DNA of 64,000 nt, taken from assembly GCA_965644265.1 (NCBI GenBank), contig OZ286475.1, positions 44,888,001 to 44,952,000 on the forward strand. Reading direction: 5' to 3'. Positions within the stretch are counted from its first letter, which is position 1; every line of letters begins with the position of its first letter. Below, piece after piece: positions 26,934 to 39,427 of this stretch. Source of the DNA: Glycera tridactyla. Taxonomy: Eukaryota. The notes beneath the pieces are model-generated. The model ran no database searches and was not told where the DNA came from. It saw only the letters and a list, made by a program, of their open reading frames with translations. Position numbers and translations under genes: made by a program.

Positions 26934-28250
26934 GAGCAATATAGCTGTAAGGCTATCTTCTCTTATGAGAAGCTGGGGATGGAGGTACAGCTGGTTTCAG
27001 GAATCACATTAAATCACTATCTACTGGTGGCCAACCGAGATAATCTGTGTGAGTAGTTGCTTGAAAATCCTGATTCACTTTTGTGATCTCGAAATGTCAT
27101 TCGATTGAATAATCCATTCAGCGACAGGCATCAACCCGGAGAAAGAGTGCCTTGCATTCCTGGTCAGCGAAAGCCTGTTTTCGGTCTCCTGCAGGCATAA
27201 CTCTTGCAAACATTGAACATATGAGAATGGTGTAACAGACAGGGTGTCTTGCGAAATTGGCCGACACTTCAGACACATCTGAACTTATAGATCAAATCGC
27301 TGTCATTTGCTGGAAGGTGACACACAGGCCTGATAGCAATAGTTGTATTTCAATTTAAGTATAGGACTTGAGACAAGCAAATAACATGGTTATGAGATTA
27401 ACTTCAAAGTGAGTTTGATTGAGCATATGTACATTCTGTTATGTTGAGAAGTTGTGTTGATCATTATAATGATGATGATCGTAATATTGGTAATAAAAAT
27501 GATTCAAAAAATAAGAAGAAGAATAATGATGATAATAATGAAAGTAATATTGATAATGAAAATGAGGTCCTGAGGAAAATAAATACGAGGGAGCAATATA
27601 GCTGTAAGGCTATCTTCTCTTATGAGAAGCTGGGGATGGAGGTACAGCTGGTTTCAGGAATCACATTGAATCACTATCTACTGGTGGCCACCCGGGATAA
27701 TCTGTGTGAGTAGTTGCTTGAAAATCCTGATTCACTTTTGTGATCTCGAAATGTCATTCGATTGAATAATCCATTCAGCGACAGGCATCAACCTGGAGAA
27801 AGAGTGCCTTGCATTCCTGGTCAGCGAAAGCCTGTTTTCGGTCTCCTGCAGGCATAACTCTTGCAAACATTGAACATATGAGAATGGTGTACCAGACAGG
27901 ATGTCTAGCACAATTGGCCGACACTTCAGACACATCTGAACTTATAGATCAAATAGCTGTGATTGGCTGGAAGGTGACACGCAAGCCTGATAGCAAGAGT
28001 TGTATTTCAATTCAAGTATAGGACTTGAGACAAGGAAATATCATGGTTATGAGGTTAACTTTTAGGTGAGTTCGATTGAGTGCTTGTACATCCTATTATG
28101 TTGAGAAGTTGTGTTGATCATCATGATGATGATGATCGTGATATTAATAATGAAGATAATGAAAAAAAAATGAAAATAATGATGATATTATTGAAATTGA
28201 TATTGATAATGATAATGATGTCCTGAGGAAAATAAAGTTCGAAGTCAAAG
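26934..28250. repeat. Tandem duplication, 2 x ~657 bp
   Basis: GAGCAATATAGCTGTAAGGC at ~26934 and ~27592; ORF pair 27075/27732. Confidence 0.95.
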
Positions 28251-28282
28251 TGAACTCTGGTTCTGGTCGTCCTTCACACTTG

Positions 28283-28462
28283 AATGATATTTATGTTAAT
28301 GATGATAATAATGATAATAATGATAATAATAATGATAACAAATAACAACGATAATGATAATAATGACAGAATAACAATGATAATGATGATAATAATGATA
28401 ATTATAACAAAAGTGCTTCACATAGCGCCAATATCCATTGCGTGTTCAAAGGCGCTTCACAA
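28283..28462 (-). mobile_element. L2-type 3' tail remnant with a long (ATT/ATC)n tail
   Basis: Minus strand TGTGAAGCGCCTTTGAA...TTGGCGCTAT followed by (TTA/TCA)n. Confidence 0.55.
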
Positions 28463-31400
28463 GTGACATCATGTTACATCACTCTATTTCACAATATCAG
28501 TAGTATTGAAAATTCTCAACAACCAATATTGCTTATTCGTGCAGAGTCTAGCGGGTTAATACAAAGCTTGGTTGATCCTGGCTAAGATATCACACCATAT
28601 GTGTTATGTTGCAATGGGCATCTGGGGTCGTCCGAAACTTCTCTTACTTGGTGATGGGGAATGGGTGATGTATATAGTATCACGCAGATAGTTGTATAAC
28701 AAAATTTCATCCAAGGAGGTAAATCACAGTATTCGGATAAAAATAGCAAAACATTGTGGACATATAATCATAATTCATGTGGAAATACAATGCTTCGAAC
28801 TAGTGTATTTGGATTGGTGCAATATAGCGGCGAGAGTTTGCATAAATGTGTCGATAATCTGACCGATTTGCCGAGATATTCAACCCTTTATCATCTCATC
28901 AGATCAGGTGTTTGTGAAGGCCATATTTCCTGAGTTCATGTCCTCAATATGCATGGTGAACATGAGCACCAAAAGCAATAACCACTTTCGAGAAATGAGA
29001 ATATACTAGCTCATAATGCAATATCACTAGTCACGTCGTTATACAATGATCCATAACTCAATCTGGAAAATTATGATATATCCTCCAATGGGGGAGCCCT
29101 GACAGTTGGTCCTAGGTCATTATGCTTGATCTATGATGTAATAATGCATCACTCAGATTGACCCATGATTGCAGCAAATCGCCAGGAAAATGAGTCTCAT
29201 GGTGCAAGCTGGAGGATATTATGGATCAGCTAGCTCAAACGCCCGCATTTCCACACAGAGAAATATCTCCAAATATACCCCATATTTACTGGGAAGCTAT
29301 TCCACCTGATAACTGACATAAAATCTCATCGGACAAGTATTTGACTAACATTGCCACCAGAAAAAATATACGCTGTGCAAGTGCTGCCCGATCTTTGGAC
29401 ATAACTTTTGTGGATTTGTCTTCATACACTCCCTATTGGAGCAATATATTCACTATTTGAGGAGAATGAATCTTACTCGGTGGTCTTCCCATGTGATTGC
29501 TCAAGACCCACATCGTTGTAATTTTTTAACAAAAGCTGCGTTATATGAAGAATTTGACAAGGTTTGTCCTGTGATTTGCCTGAAGAAAAAAATATATATA
29601 TATATATATTCACGTGTGTAGGAGAGTTAGACAGCTTCGCCCTGACACTAAATCACATGTAATCAACAATTTGTATTACTATCTTAGCAATCTTGTTGTT
29701 AGTTCGCCTAGGTCAACTGATGTTCCATCCTAATGCCAAGCAGGACTTCCATCCATCATACTTACCATTCATCATGCGGGGTGGATTATGTAGCCTTGGT
29801 GATCTACATAAGACAAGATGTGTACCAGATAGAAGCAAACCTCATATAACATGTGCTGTCTAATCTGGATAATAAAAGTGGGAAGCAACTGTTGATGGGA
29901 AATTCCCATTAGTAGACACCCTGATACACCTCAAAATGTGGATGTATGTAAGTAGAGATGATAACAAATAAACTGACTTTATGCCAAATCCCTACATTGC
30001 GGTGGATAGCATTTTTTCTGTCTGCCTGTCTGTTCATGTGTCCATATACCTGAAGTTTGTGATGAACTGTATCTTGGATGCTGATTGCAACACACAAAAA
30101 TTATACAATTGATTTCTGTGATATTCAGCTTTGGTTCGAAAAATATTGAGCATTACTCCAGGCAAGTCGTGCTTGAACTTAATATCATATAGAACATTTC
30201 ACATTCTCTGGCTACTGCACTGTGGATATTTCCACTCCCACCCGGTATGACTAGTCTCCTCATCTGTCGTGAGGTGCAAGATGCATCAATATTAGTGTTG
30301 GGATTTGATTTATTTCTCACGTTTGAAGTTTGATTCTCAAAACCAAACAAACTTCAAACACTGTTTGATTTCTACCAAATTTTTTACCCACCTCATTTCA
30401 CGGTCAAATTTTTCTATTGTTTTCTACAAGTTTCTCAACATGACTGTCGTAATGCAAATCTCGATGACCCAAAAATGAGTGAACAGTGACAGTTCTTCAA
30501 TTTATTGAACTGTCAAATTGATAGCAATGGGGAGACAACAATTGTAAACAGGAATTATTATTATAGAGCCCCTTTTTTCAAACATGTGGCAATGAGGGAT
30601 TGGAGCAAAATGAGCTGATGTGGATGATATGGAGGTTGTTATGAGAGCAATGAGTCCAGCCAGGCTGAGATAAGCCTGAGGGGAGTAGATAAATCGAACA
30701 TATTGACTTGGTATCCGAATATTTGATTTGTTGGAGCTATCGAAACGAAATCGACCATAGTCGAACATCGGCCCATCACTAATCAATATCATTACAACAA
30801 TATGGAGGATGATATGCGTCAGCTGATTGATTTCACCACCACCATCCAAGAATCACATACACCACGAGGTTCATTGTAACTCTCAGCAGGAGCCTATCAT
30901 CACATCAATTCAACACTAGTTTGCATCATAAAAATATGTACCATATGAACTTGTTGAACCTTCCACAGCATATATGTGGGGGATGACAAGCAACAATCAT
31001 ATGTTCAGAACAAATGCTTCTTAGATAGGATATGGCTATCCGTTTGTATGTCAATCAGACTACGTGTACTTATCAGGTTATATTTACAGGTGGTTAGTAT
31101 TAGTACTATCTTACATTCATCCTTAATTCAGACTTCCTGAATAAGTATTCAATTCGATTGTCACTGATGTTTTGTCACTACTGATGACTTTCTCATCTAG
31201 CAGTTGTGTGACAGATGTTCATGGGATTCAAATGGGTTAAGAATAGTAAACGATATCCTTGACTTTATAGCATGGGGATGCATGCAGGTCTGGAAGACAC
31301 ATATGCGAAAACAATTCTGATCGCTGTTTTCTCAATCCACTTCAGCTGATTTATCACTACATGGAACATTGAATTGAACATTGGCTTCATTAGAGTGGAG

Positions 31401-32155
31401 GAAGGGATTGCAACTGCAAGCCTGATGTGTCATTTGTGACTTGGCTGGCGTTAGTTGGTCCTTAATTTGCCAGGCCAATCCGTATTTTATGTCTTCCGAG
31501 ATTGGTGTCGGAGGGGGGGTGGCAAATGACACACCATGAGGTCTAATCAGCAGGCCCAAATGTAGTGAGTATCTTTATACAGAATAATTGCCTGTGAAAA
31601 GCCTTTCAGAGCACAGCTATCTGTCGGATCGAACTCGTAAAGTAAGAGTAAATAATGTCATCTGTAGTGAAATGAAGATATCTTGTGGAGTCCCACAGTG
31701 ATCCATACTGGCCCCCCTATTATTTCTCATTTATGTAAATGAAATCTCACATCATATGAGGGGGCTCAGTATGAATCTCTATGCGGATGACACAGCTATT
31801 ATTGTTCAGGACACGATACCTGATAACTTAAGTAGGAAATTAGAAACTTCTCTTGAAAATGTCAGTGAATTGAATTGAATTGAAACGTTTTTATTGCGTA
31901 TGATCACTACACAATTTTACAATGGACCCAATACAGGTCATATCAATTGCAGACGCAAACAAATCACAAGAACATACATACAATCAAATGGCAACATTAC
32001 AATAATTATTTGGTGAACACTCCAGTTATGCAAATTTGCAGGATGATGTAGAAAAGAACACTTGCATACACGCTATCTTAAGGGGTAATCAGAGATGTGG
32101 CTAGAAACACAATATATGATGTATAGGCTCACCCGGGTACAACAAAGGCTAAGTA

Positions 32156-32333
32156 CAGTCGAACCTCTCCATAAAGACCGACTTTGGTCGCACCAAAAAG
32201 TGGTCTTTTAAGGGGGGTGGTCTCTATAGGGAGGTTATTTACTGTTGAAATTACTACCACGGTAGCAGCTCAGCATGGCCTTTACAGGGAGGTGGTCTTT
32301 ATAGAGAGGTGGTCTCTAGAGGAGGTTCGACTG
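32156..32333. mobile_element. pogo/Tc1-mariner-like MITE (178 bp) inserted in LINE B
   Basis: TIR CAGTCGAACCTC...GAGGTTCGACTG, preceded by TA and followed by CA (mutated TA TSD). Subterminal GGTGGTCTYTA repeats. Confidence 0.82.
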
Positions 32334-33683
32334 CATATGTTGTTAATGACATCATACTATTGAGAACATGTTTCAGTGCACTGATGGAGGAAGCAGTACG
32401 GACACATAAATTGGAGTCATTCCAGTAAAGTGCGCCCCTATGGCTGAAGTTTCTCTCTGCAAATCTCAGTCTGGTTCTAGGTACTTCAAGTTGTGGACCC
32501 TGCTCAAGAGCACTGATCAATCTGCTTCTAGCTCCTGCTGCACGTGGTCTTTTAACATTGAAAAGGGACTCAAGGGGTCGGGCAGTGCTTTCACTTCCAT
32601 ACATAGATCTGTACACTTCTATCACAGTATTTGCAGTACGTGTCTCCTTCGAAGTTTTGATACCTAGGGTTTCATGGAGATGAGTGGCTGAGTGAGACCA
32701 CCCACAGTTAGCTATAACACTGAGGCATCTATTTTGTGCTACCTGTAGCCTTTCAGAACATGTTTCAGTACACGCATCGTAGATATGGTCCACCTAAATA
32801 AACAACGGGTGGATAAGATACTTATAGAGATATAAAGCCATATGCATATCAATAGACGGGCGAATGTGGTAAAGGGCACATCGTCTAAAATTGACATTCT
32901 TGACAAGATAGTTCACATGGTTGCTAAAACTCAGATTGGAGACCAAGATAACTCCCAGATACTTGTAATGAGAGACCTGCCCCACCTGTTGCCCATTGTA
33001 TATGACAGCCAGGTCTCTACATGTGCCTAGACGTTGGTGGGTGCAAAAAAAACATTACACTTGACTTATTCAAATTCAGAGTCGATTTGCGAGAGGCAAA
33101 CCAGGTAGAGATACGTGCCAGGTCACAATTTAGATAGCGCTCCACATCATCGATTTGATTTGATTTTTTTGATTTGAAAAACTTTATTAAGCAAAGAACA
33201 TAATAAGAGACCTCGCAGGGTCATATGACATGTCAATGCTACAAACAATATCAACATAGGTACAAACATACAAGTGTGGGAGTGATGGTATAATCTTGTG
33301 TACCCCCGGTCGTCGGGAGTATGTTCAGTGGTGTGTATATCCAGTTCCATTTTCAATTAGACTGGGCCCAAGGAGAGATTCAGGAACTTCCTAAATTTCG
33401 GTATTGTTGATTCGATGGCCGTAGTGACTCATCAAAGATGTTCAGTATGGTCTCAGGAAGGGCCAAAAGTAAGATTTGGTGGGGTATTTGGACTCTATAT
33501 TCGCGCTCATGGCGACATCTGGTGGAAAACGCTGGTAATTCATGTAGCCTAGCCCACATGTTTTACCTGACATCTGGTGGTGCTTGCTCTCAGATGTTCC
33601 GAGCTACCGGTGGTCGGGCTCTATTTGTTGGATTCATGTTATGATAGATCTACTCTGACGGCCCGCTTTTGTCCAATTATGAT

Positions 33684-36503
33684 TCAATACAGAGTTGGAG
33701 CAATCTGGTGATCAGGCTCCAGTTTCGAATGTCGCTTATTTGTCCCATTTAGTGCGCTTCTCGTCAGTCTTGCCGGTTCGGGTTTGTTATTGGTCATAGT
33801 TTTCAGTCTCGTGGGGCATAGCCCATGTTTCATTTTGAATGTCTCGACCAGCGTACTTAAGTACCTGCTATTCTGAAGAGTGGGTGCCTTGAATTCATGT
33901 CTTAGTGCAGTGGCGGAATACCTCCAGTCACCGTGTGCTACCGTGTTCAGACAGCGATTTTGAGATACTTCTAGCTTATTGGCGTTTCTTTTTGTCGTTC
34001 CGTCATATATGAAATCTCCATAGCGATATAGAGGTAACAATAGTGATTTGAATAAGTAATGTGCCATGTTCTCACTAATTGACGGTCTTAGGTAGAGTAG
34101 TGCTCTCCTTCTCAGATTGACCTGGTTAATTATTACATCCACATGTTTATTGAAATTCAGCGCTGGGTCTAGTGTCACCCCCAGATACTTGTAGTGGTCT
34201 ACATTTTGTATTTGTATCCCGTCGCATGATAGATTTAGGTCGCGATTGCGTTTTAGTCCATTTCTGGTGCCTAATAGCATTGTACAAGACTTTGAGTGGT
34301 TTAGCGTTAGTTTCGAGTTTGCAAACCAGTCTGACAATGTTGTAATGTCCGCATTCATTGCCTGCTCAATTTCATCAGTATTTTTGGCTGAGAAGCATAT
34401 AGCCGTGTCATCCGCATAAAGGTATATTTCACTTCTTCTGATTGCATGCCAGATGTCATTTGTGTAAAGTATGAAGAGGAGTGGCCCTAGGATCGATCCT
34501 TGTGGCACCCCAAGCTTTACTTGTTCGTACGAGGAGACTTTATTGTTGATCTTGGTTGATTGAGTTCGATTTTGCAGATAAGATGAGAACCAGCTCATGC
34601 ATTTATTTCTAAAGCCTAGGATCTTCAGTTTGGCTATTAGATTTGTGTGGTCCACAGTATCGAAGGCCTTTTTCAGATCCAGGAAGAGCACCCCACTCAG
34701 ATTTCCTTCGTCTGCGTTTCTGTAGACCTTGTCCAGAAGGTTCACCAGGCACGAGCCAGTGGAGTGACTCTTCCTGAATCCGAATTGTGCCTCCGATAGA
34801 ATAGAGTGTTTTTCGACATATTCATAAGTCTGCGTGTGAACTATCCTTTCCAAGATTTTTCCCATAATTGGTAGAAGGGATATCGGTCTAAAGTTTCCGT
34901 AGTCGCTTGGGATGCCTTTTTTGTGAATTACAGTTACATTTGCCTTTTTCCATGCGTTTGGGAAAATTGAGTTTCTAATGCTCAGGTTGAACACATGTGT
35001 CAGCGGTATTGCAATCGTGGTGATGCAATCTTTTAACATTGATGACGTAATGCCATCATGGCCAGCTGATGGTGAATTGCTCATTGATTTTATCGCTTTG
35101 ACTGTGTCTGCTTCAGTGATTTCTGTCAGCTCAAAAACCGGTGGTCGGTTCTTTAGCTGAGGCATCGATTCCAATGGTCGGCATTTTATTTTGTCTGCCA
35201 GATTTTCCCCTACTTTCGCAAAGTATATATTCACTGAGTCAACTATTTCTTGTTCTGTCATGTCTTTTCCAGTTGGTACTGTTGGATTTCTTTCCGTGAG
35301 CGGCCAGATTGATTTAATTGTTTGCCACAGTTCTCTTGGATCATTTTTATATTTGTCTAGAGTAGTGCTAATGTACTCTCGCTTCAGATGCCTTTTTAGT
35401 CTACCTCTTTGCCTTATCGCTTCCTTTTCCAGTTCCAGATTTAGTGAGTTTGGGGCTCTTTTATATATCCTGCTTCTGTATTCACAGTAGTCCAGCATGG
35501 CTATGTATTCATTATTCACCCACGGTTGATTGTCACTAAAACATGGTAGCCATTTATATGGCGCTAGGTCATCTAGTATCTTGTTGAGAATATCTGTTAG
35601 TTTGTCCGTAGCTGTATTTATGTCTTTCTCATCTGTTATGCAGTTCCAGTCTATCGCATCTATCTTCTCTTTGAATTTTTCTTTGGTATAGTGTCGCAGA
35701 CTTCTGGTCCATTTATATTCTTTCGTCCGTCTCAATTTTCCGCGGTGTCTGCTCGTAAAGATTAGTTTATGGTCGCTGAGGCCTGGGTCCAGGCTACCTT
35801 TTAAATAGTAGTACTCTGGTCTATTCACTAAGAGGTGATCAATTAGTGTACTCGAGTGTTCTGTCGTCCTTGTTGGCGTCTCGATTAACTGTACCATGTC
35901 ATGTTGTTGTATATAGTCCAGGTATATTTTACTTGGTTTATCTTTGGCTAGATCTATGTTTAGGTCTCCGGCAATGATTATGTCCGCTGTTTTCGTAATC
36001 GTAGTGTCATTGGTGATTTTTGTTAACATTTTTATGAAGTTCTCGATATTGCCGTCAGGTGGCCTATAGGTACCAATTATGAGCGTTGGTCTGCAGTTTT
36101 CGAGATTTAACTTTACTGTTAGTGTTTCTATGTCCGGATTGCATATGGTTAAGTGGGGTATGCATTCTATATTATACTTGTCCGCATAATATAATATGAG
36201 TCCTCCTCCCGATTTCTTACCACTAGCGTCTGTCCTGTCTGCTCTATATGCCTTATAGTCTGCGATGCTAATTTCGTTGTCATTAATACTTTCATTCAAG
36301 AAGGTCTCGCTAATGCTAAGTATGTCAATCTTACTTCTGTGCAATAGAGTAGTCACTTCATCTATTTTTCTGGTTATGCTCCTAAGGTTGTAGGCACCAA
36401 TTACAATTCCTTTGATATTCGATAGACACCGTACACTGTATTCCATATCATCCAAGGGATTTTCGGTGGGGAAGGTATATTTGGTCTTTCTGGGTGCTGG
36501 CAT
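33684..36503 (-). CDS. LINE ORF2: APE-like endonuclease plus reverse transcriptase (939 aa)
   Basis: EN motifs N.RSI, SETFL, GDLNID, LIDH, SDH; RT motifs DLKKAFDTVDH, GVPQGSILGPLLF, YADD, YLG. The extreme C-terminus looks aberrant. Confidence 0.96.
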   Translation of the reverse strand: MPAPRKTKYTFPTENPLDDMEYSVRCLSNIKGIVIGAYNLRSITRKIDEVTTLLHRSKIDILSISETFLNESINDNEISIADYKAYRADRTDASGKKSGGGLILYYADKYNIECIPHLTICNPDIETLTVKLNLENCRPTLIIGTYRPPDGNIENFIKMLTKITNDTTITKTADIIIAGDLNIDLAKDKPSKIYLDYIQQHDMVQLIETPTRTTEHSSTLIDHLLVNRPEYYYLKGSLDPGLSDHKLIFTSRHRGKLRRTKEYKWTRSLRHYTKEKFKEKIDAIDWNCITDEKDINTATDKLTDILNKILDDLAPYKWLPCFSDNQPWVNNEYIAMLDYCEYRSRIYKRAPNSLNLELEKEAIRQRGRLKRHLKREYISTTLDKYKNDPRELWQTIKSIWPLTERNPTVPTGKDMTEQEIVDSVNIYFAKVGENLADKIKCRPLESMPQLKNRPPVFELTEITEADTVKAIKSMSNSPSAGHDGITSSMLKDCITTIAIPLTHVFNLSIRNSIFPNAWKKANVTVIHKKGIPSDYGNFRPISLLPIMGKILERIVHTQTYEYVEKHSILSEAQFGFRKSHSTGSCLVNLLDKVYRNADEGNLSGVLFLDLKKAFDTVDHTNLIAKLKILGFRNKCMSWFSSYLQNRTQSTKINNKVSSYEQVKLGVPQGSILGPLLFILYTNDIWHAIRRSEIYLYADDTAICFSAKNTDEIEQAMNADITTLSDWFANSKLTLNHSKSCTMLLGTRNGLKRNRDLNLSCDGIQIQNVDHYKYLGVTLDPALNFNKHVDVIINQVNLRRRALLYLRPSISENMAHYLFKSLLLPLYRYGDFIYDGTTKRNANKLEVSQNRCLNTVAHGDWRYSATALRHEFKAPTLQNSRYLSTLVETFKMKHGLCPTRLKTMTNNKPEPARLTRSALNGTNKRHSKLEPDHQIAPTLY

Positions 36504-37026
36504 ATTTCTGGTATGTTGGTGGGTCCGGGGTTATTCCAAGTTGAAGGGTATTGGGTTGGTATGATAGTAGGAATCCTAATTGGTGACGGTCAGTGTCGCT
36601 GGTTTGACAATTCGGGGGTGATACTTGGGGTGTTGATAATACTGGTGTGTTATTTTCTGTTAGTATTGGTGGTGAGGGGTGGTGAGGTGAGGTGGTGAGG
36701 TGGTGGTGGAGAGGTGGTGCTGGTGAGGTGGTGGAAGGTGAGGCGAGACGGGGGGAGCACAAATCGCTGAGATAGGTTGGCATAGATTTGTTGGTTCTAT
36801 TTCATTCCGATTCTGCAATAGCTTGATTTACTGTGCTATTGATCATTCATTTGTCTATTGTCTCTGAGAGAAAATCATCATGATGATTCTCCGAGAAAGA
36901 TTTTTCAAGCTTGATGGTGAGGTGGATCACATGAGATATGAATGTCTTTTTGTATATTATTTGAGGACTATTTCAATTCAGTAAATGAGACAGTATCATT
37001 TACCTGATGCAATCAAGACCCATGCT

Positions 37027-37237
37027 CGTATGTGATTACAAGGTGGTTGTTACATGGAAAGAAAAAGAAAAACATCAGAAATGTACAAGATGTACAATCA
37101 CATATATTGACTGTCGTGGTGACAATCAAGACCCACACGTGTATGTAATTACAAGGTGGTTGATACATAGAAAGAAAACGAAAAACATCAGAAATGTATA
37201 AGACTTACAATCACATATATTGACTGTCGTGGTGACA
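37027..37237. repeat. Tandem duplication, 2 x ~110 bp, in the LINE C spacer
   Basis: CGT(A/G)TG..ATTACAAGGTGGTTG...GACTGTCGTGGTGACA repeated. Confidence 0.85.
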
Positions 37238-38256
37238 GTAAATTTATTGTTGTTCTTAGAGAACCAACAGTCATCAACATATTTTTGCATCCTGTGTTAG
37301 GATGCATACACTGGTTTTTTTAATATCAATGCGCATCAAATACTAAGTTGAATAACGGGGTCAGGTTGGGTCGGTCATCGTGATGATGAATGTTCCCATG
37401 TGGAATCTTGGTTCAATATGATTTTGGATATTACTACTTTCGGTCATCCATGCGGTGTTGGAATCATGGCGGTACAATACATCATTAAGACCCAATCATT
37501 TACCAAGTTTTTAGTATGAGTCATCATAGTGATGAGTCAGTTTCAACATAGTAGAATTGCGATGGTTTCCGATGTGTCACATCTCATTCTCACAGCTAGG
37601 TGGCCGATGTAGGCATTGACATCTGGCGGCGTAGTATGCTGAGGTACGTTGAGGTAACCCCCCCCCCCTCCCCCTACTGTAGTTAATATCTTCTTGGGGA
37701 GCCATCGTGATGATGTTTCCGATTCCATATGAGTCTGATTCAGTATATTTCGTTATTTCCATTTCAGCTATAAATTTTCATGGTTGGTGTGCTGTGACAG
37801 CATTTTGTTGCGTGCGTGTGTCCTCGTGTACATATAATGTGTTCATGTTGGTGTATGTCCCATATATGGGGTGTTATAGTGTGTGCGTGTGTGCGTGTGT
37901 GCGCTTGAGCTTGTGTTTTCATGTCCCACTTGTGCACGTGTGTAGTCGCGTTTGTGTGTACATTTGTTACTCTGAGTTTCTGTATAAGCATGCTGGTTGT
38001 TGTCGTTGTAGTCAATACAGTATTTTCGGAGATCGATCATGTTCATATTCGGCCCGATTCATTGCTGGTATTAATTCGATGTCGACCTTGCTTTTGTTTC
38101 TGCGGTCGGAGTGAAACATAGTATATCCGGCAGTCTGACTTCTGAGTTTCTGAAGGTCCTGTGCGTGTTTCGAATGGCATGTACATTTCATTCTTGTCTG
38201 CTGGATGCGCGGGCGGGTGTGTGTTTACTCATGCATGTCTGTGTCGATGTGGTGCA

Positions 38257-38258
<2 letters not shown>

Positions 38259-38296
<38 letters not shown>
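38259..38296. repeat. (GT)n microsatellite
   Basis: Direct inspection. Confidence 0.97.
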
Positions 38297-38301
<5 letters not shown>

Positions 38302-38488
38302 ATGGGTATGTATAGGTATGTATGCATGCTTAATCTGTGGACTTGATTTGTGTGTCTGTACACGTTCAGTAATACGCAGGCTGGCAGTAGTGTGTGGAGG
38401 TGTGCGTGCACAGTGTATGGGCACTGCTTTGTTTTCCGCGATGTAATCGCGAGATGTGCGACAGCTATTTCACCGGGCAGTCTCACTA

Positions 38489-39427
38489 TTAGTTGGCAGC
38501 TTGAATTTTCCTCACTGCATAATTGTCCATTTTTTTTGGCAGTATGTCACGTAGAAGCACATGGCATCCCCATTTATCTAGATGTACGTTGTCATCCTTC
38601 AGGAAGCCTGGCACTAGATCATCGTAGTATCCTGTACTCGCTTTGGGTTTTTTTGTGTCATGGTAGAGAGAGCGTGTTTTCAGTTCTCTGACCTGGAACT
38701 CAGTTTTGAAATTATAGTGGAACTGGTAATCAAGTATGCTCACTAGTTTGCGTGAGTACCCATTCCACCATCTGCGGGGAAAGATTGGGACATAGCCCAG
38801 TGTGATATTTGGAAAAGCCATTTTAATCGATTGGACCAGGTCCTTTATACGGGGCACCAACTCATCCTCCCATTGGTTGAGATCATTCTCAATCGTGTCA
38901 ATCAATTCCGGCCCCTGTAGGTCTTCACGCAACGTGCGTTGGTGTGATTGAAAGTCTTCGATATCATTCCCCCCAACCATTAGAACAATGTAATCTGGAT
39001 CATATTCCGCATTCAGCAGTTGGTCCCATTGATTCCCATAATATTGTTTTTTGGCGTCACTCATCTCTTCTCCTCGCAGATTATCGAACAACTTCCAGAA
39101 TTTGCTGCCACTTACTCCCATAAACCATGATTCACACATGAAAGGTCTTACGACGCTGAAGTTGGGCATATTCATAATTCCATCCGATAAATGGATGGTT
39201 TGTGATGCACCCATGAAAACGATGTTGGGGCAGCCGAACGACTCCAGGATTTGACTCGCGCGGGCAAGCTTGTACGGTCCAGTCGGATATAGTCGCTGTT
39301 GTGCCAGATTTTCATCGCTTTCTGTGCAAACCTGAATAACAGATGAAACATGTATTGGTAATTTATGGTAGAGGGTGGCCAATTCAGTAGTTATGGGCAA
39401 TTCATTGATTAATGAAAATCGTTGGCT
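38489..39427 (-). CDS. SGNH/GDSL-type esterase domain (312-aa open frame) within LINE C
   Basis: Block I IVFMGAS, block II GVSG, block III YIVLMVGGND, block V DDNVHL; also VPIFPR. No ATG before block I. Confidence 0.8.
   Translation of the reverse strand, partial: SQRFSLINELPITTELATLYHKLPIHVSSVIQVCTESDENLAQQRLYPTGPYKLARASQILESFGCPNIVFMGASQTIHLSDGIMNMPNFSVVRPFMCESWFMGVSGSKFWKLFDNLRGEEMSDAKKQYYGNQWDQLLNAEYDPDYIVLMVGGNDIEDFQSHQRTLREDLQGPELIDTIENDLNQWEDELVPRIKDLVQSIKMAFPNITLGYVPIFPRRWWNGYSRKLVSILDYQFHYNFKTEFQVRELKTRSLYHDTKKPKASTGYYDDLVPGFLKDDNVHLDKWGCHVLLRDILPKKMDNYAVRKIQAAN

Larger units (their letters stand above)
4830..30850. repeat. Unit 1 of a ~26 kb old tandem segmental duplication
   Basis: Collinear anchors to unit 2: 4850/30870, 5990/31345, 6300/42095, 7050/42905, 8460/46320, 14335/47475, 16200/49355, 18670/50890, 22500/62600, 23660/63835. 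Confidence 0.85.

Noticed and set aside
37707-38486. V/C/H/T-rich ORFs
   Set aside because: Translations of (GT)n-rich low-complexity sequence.
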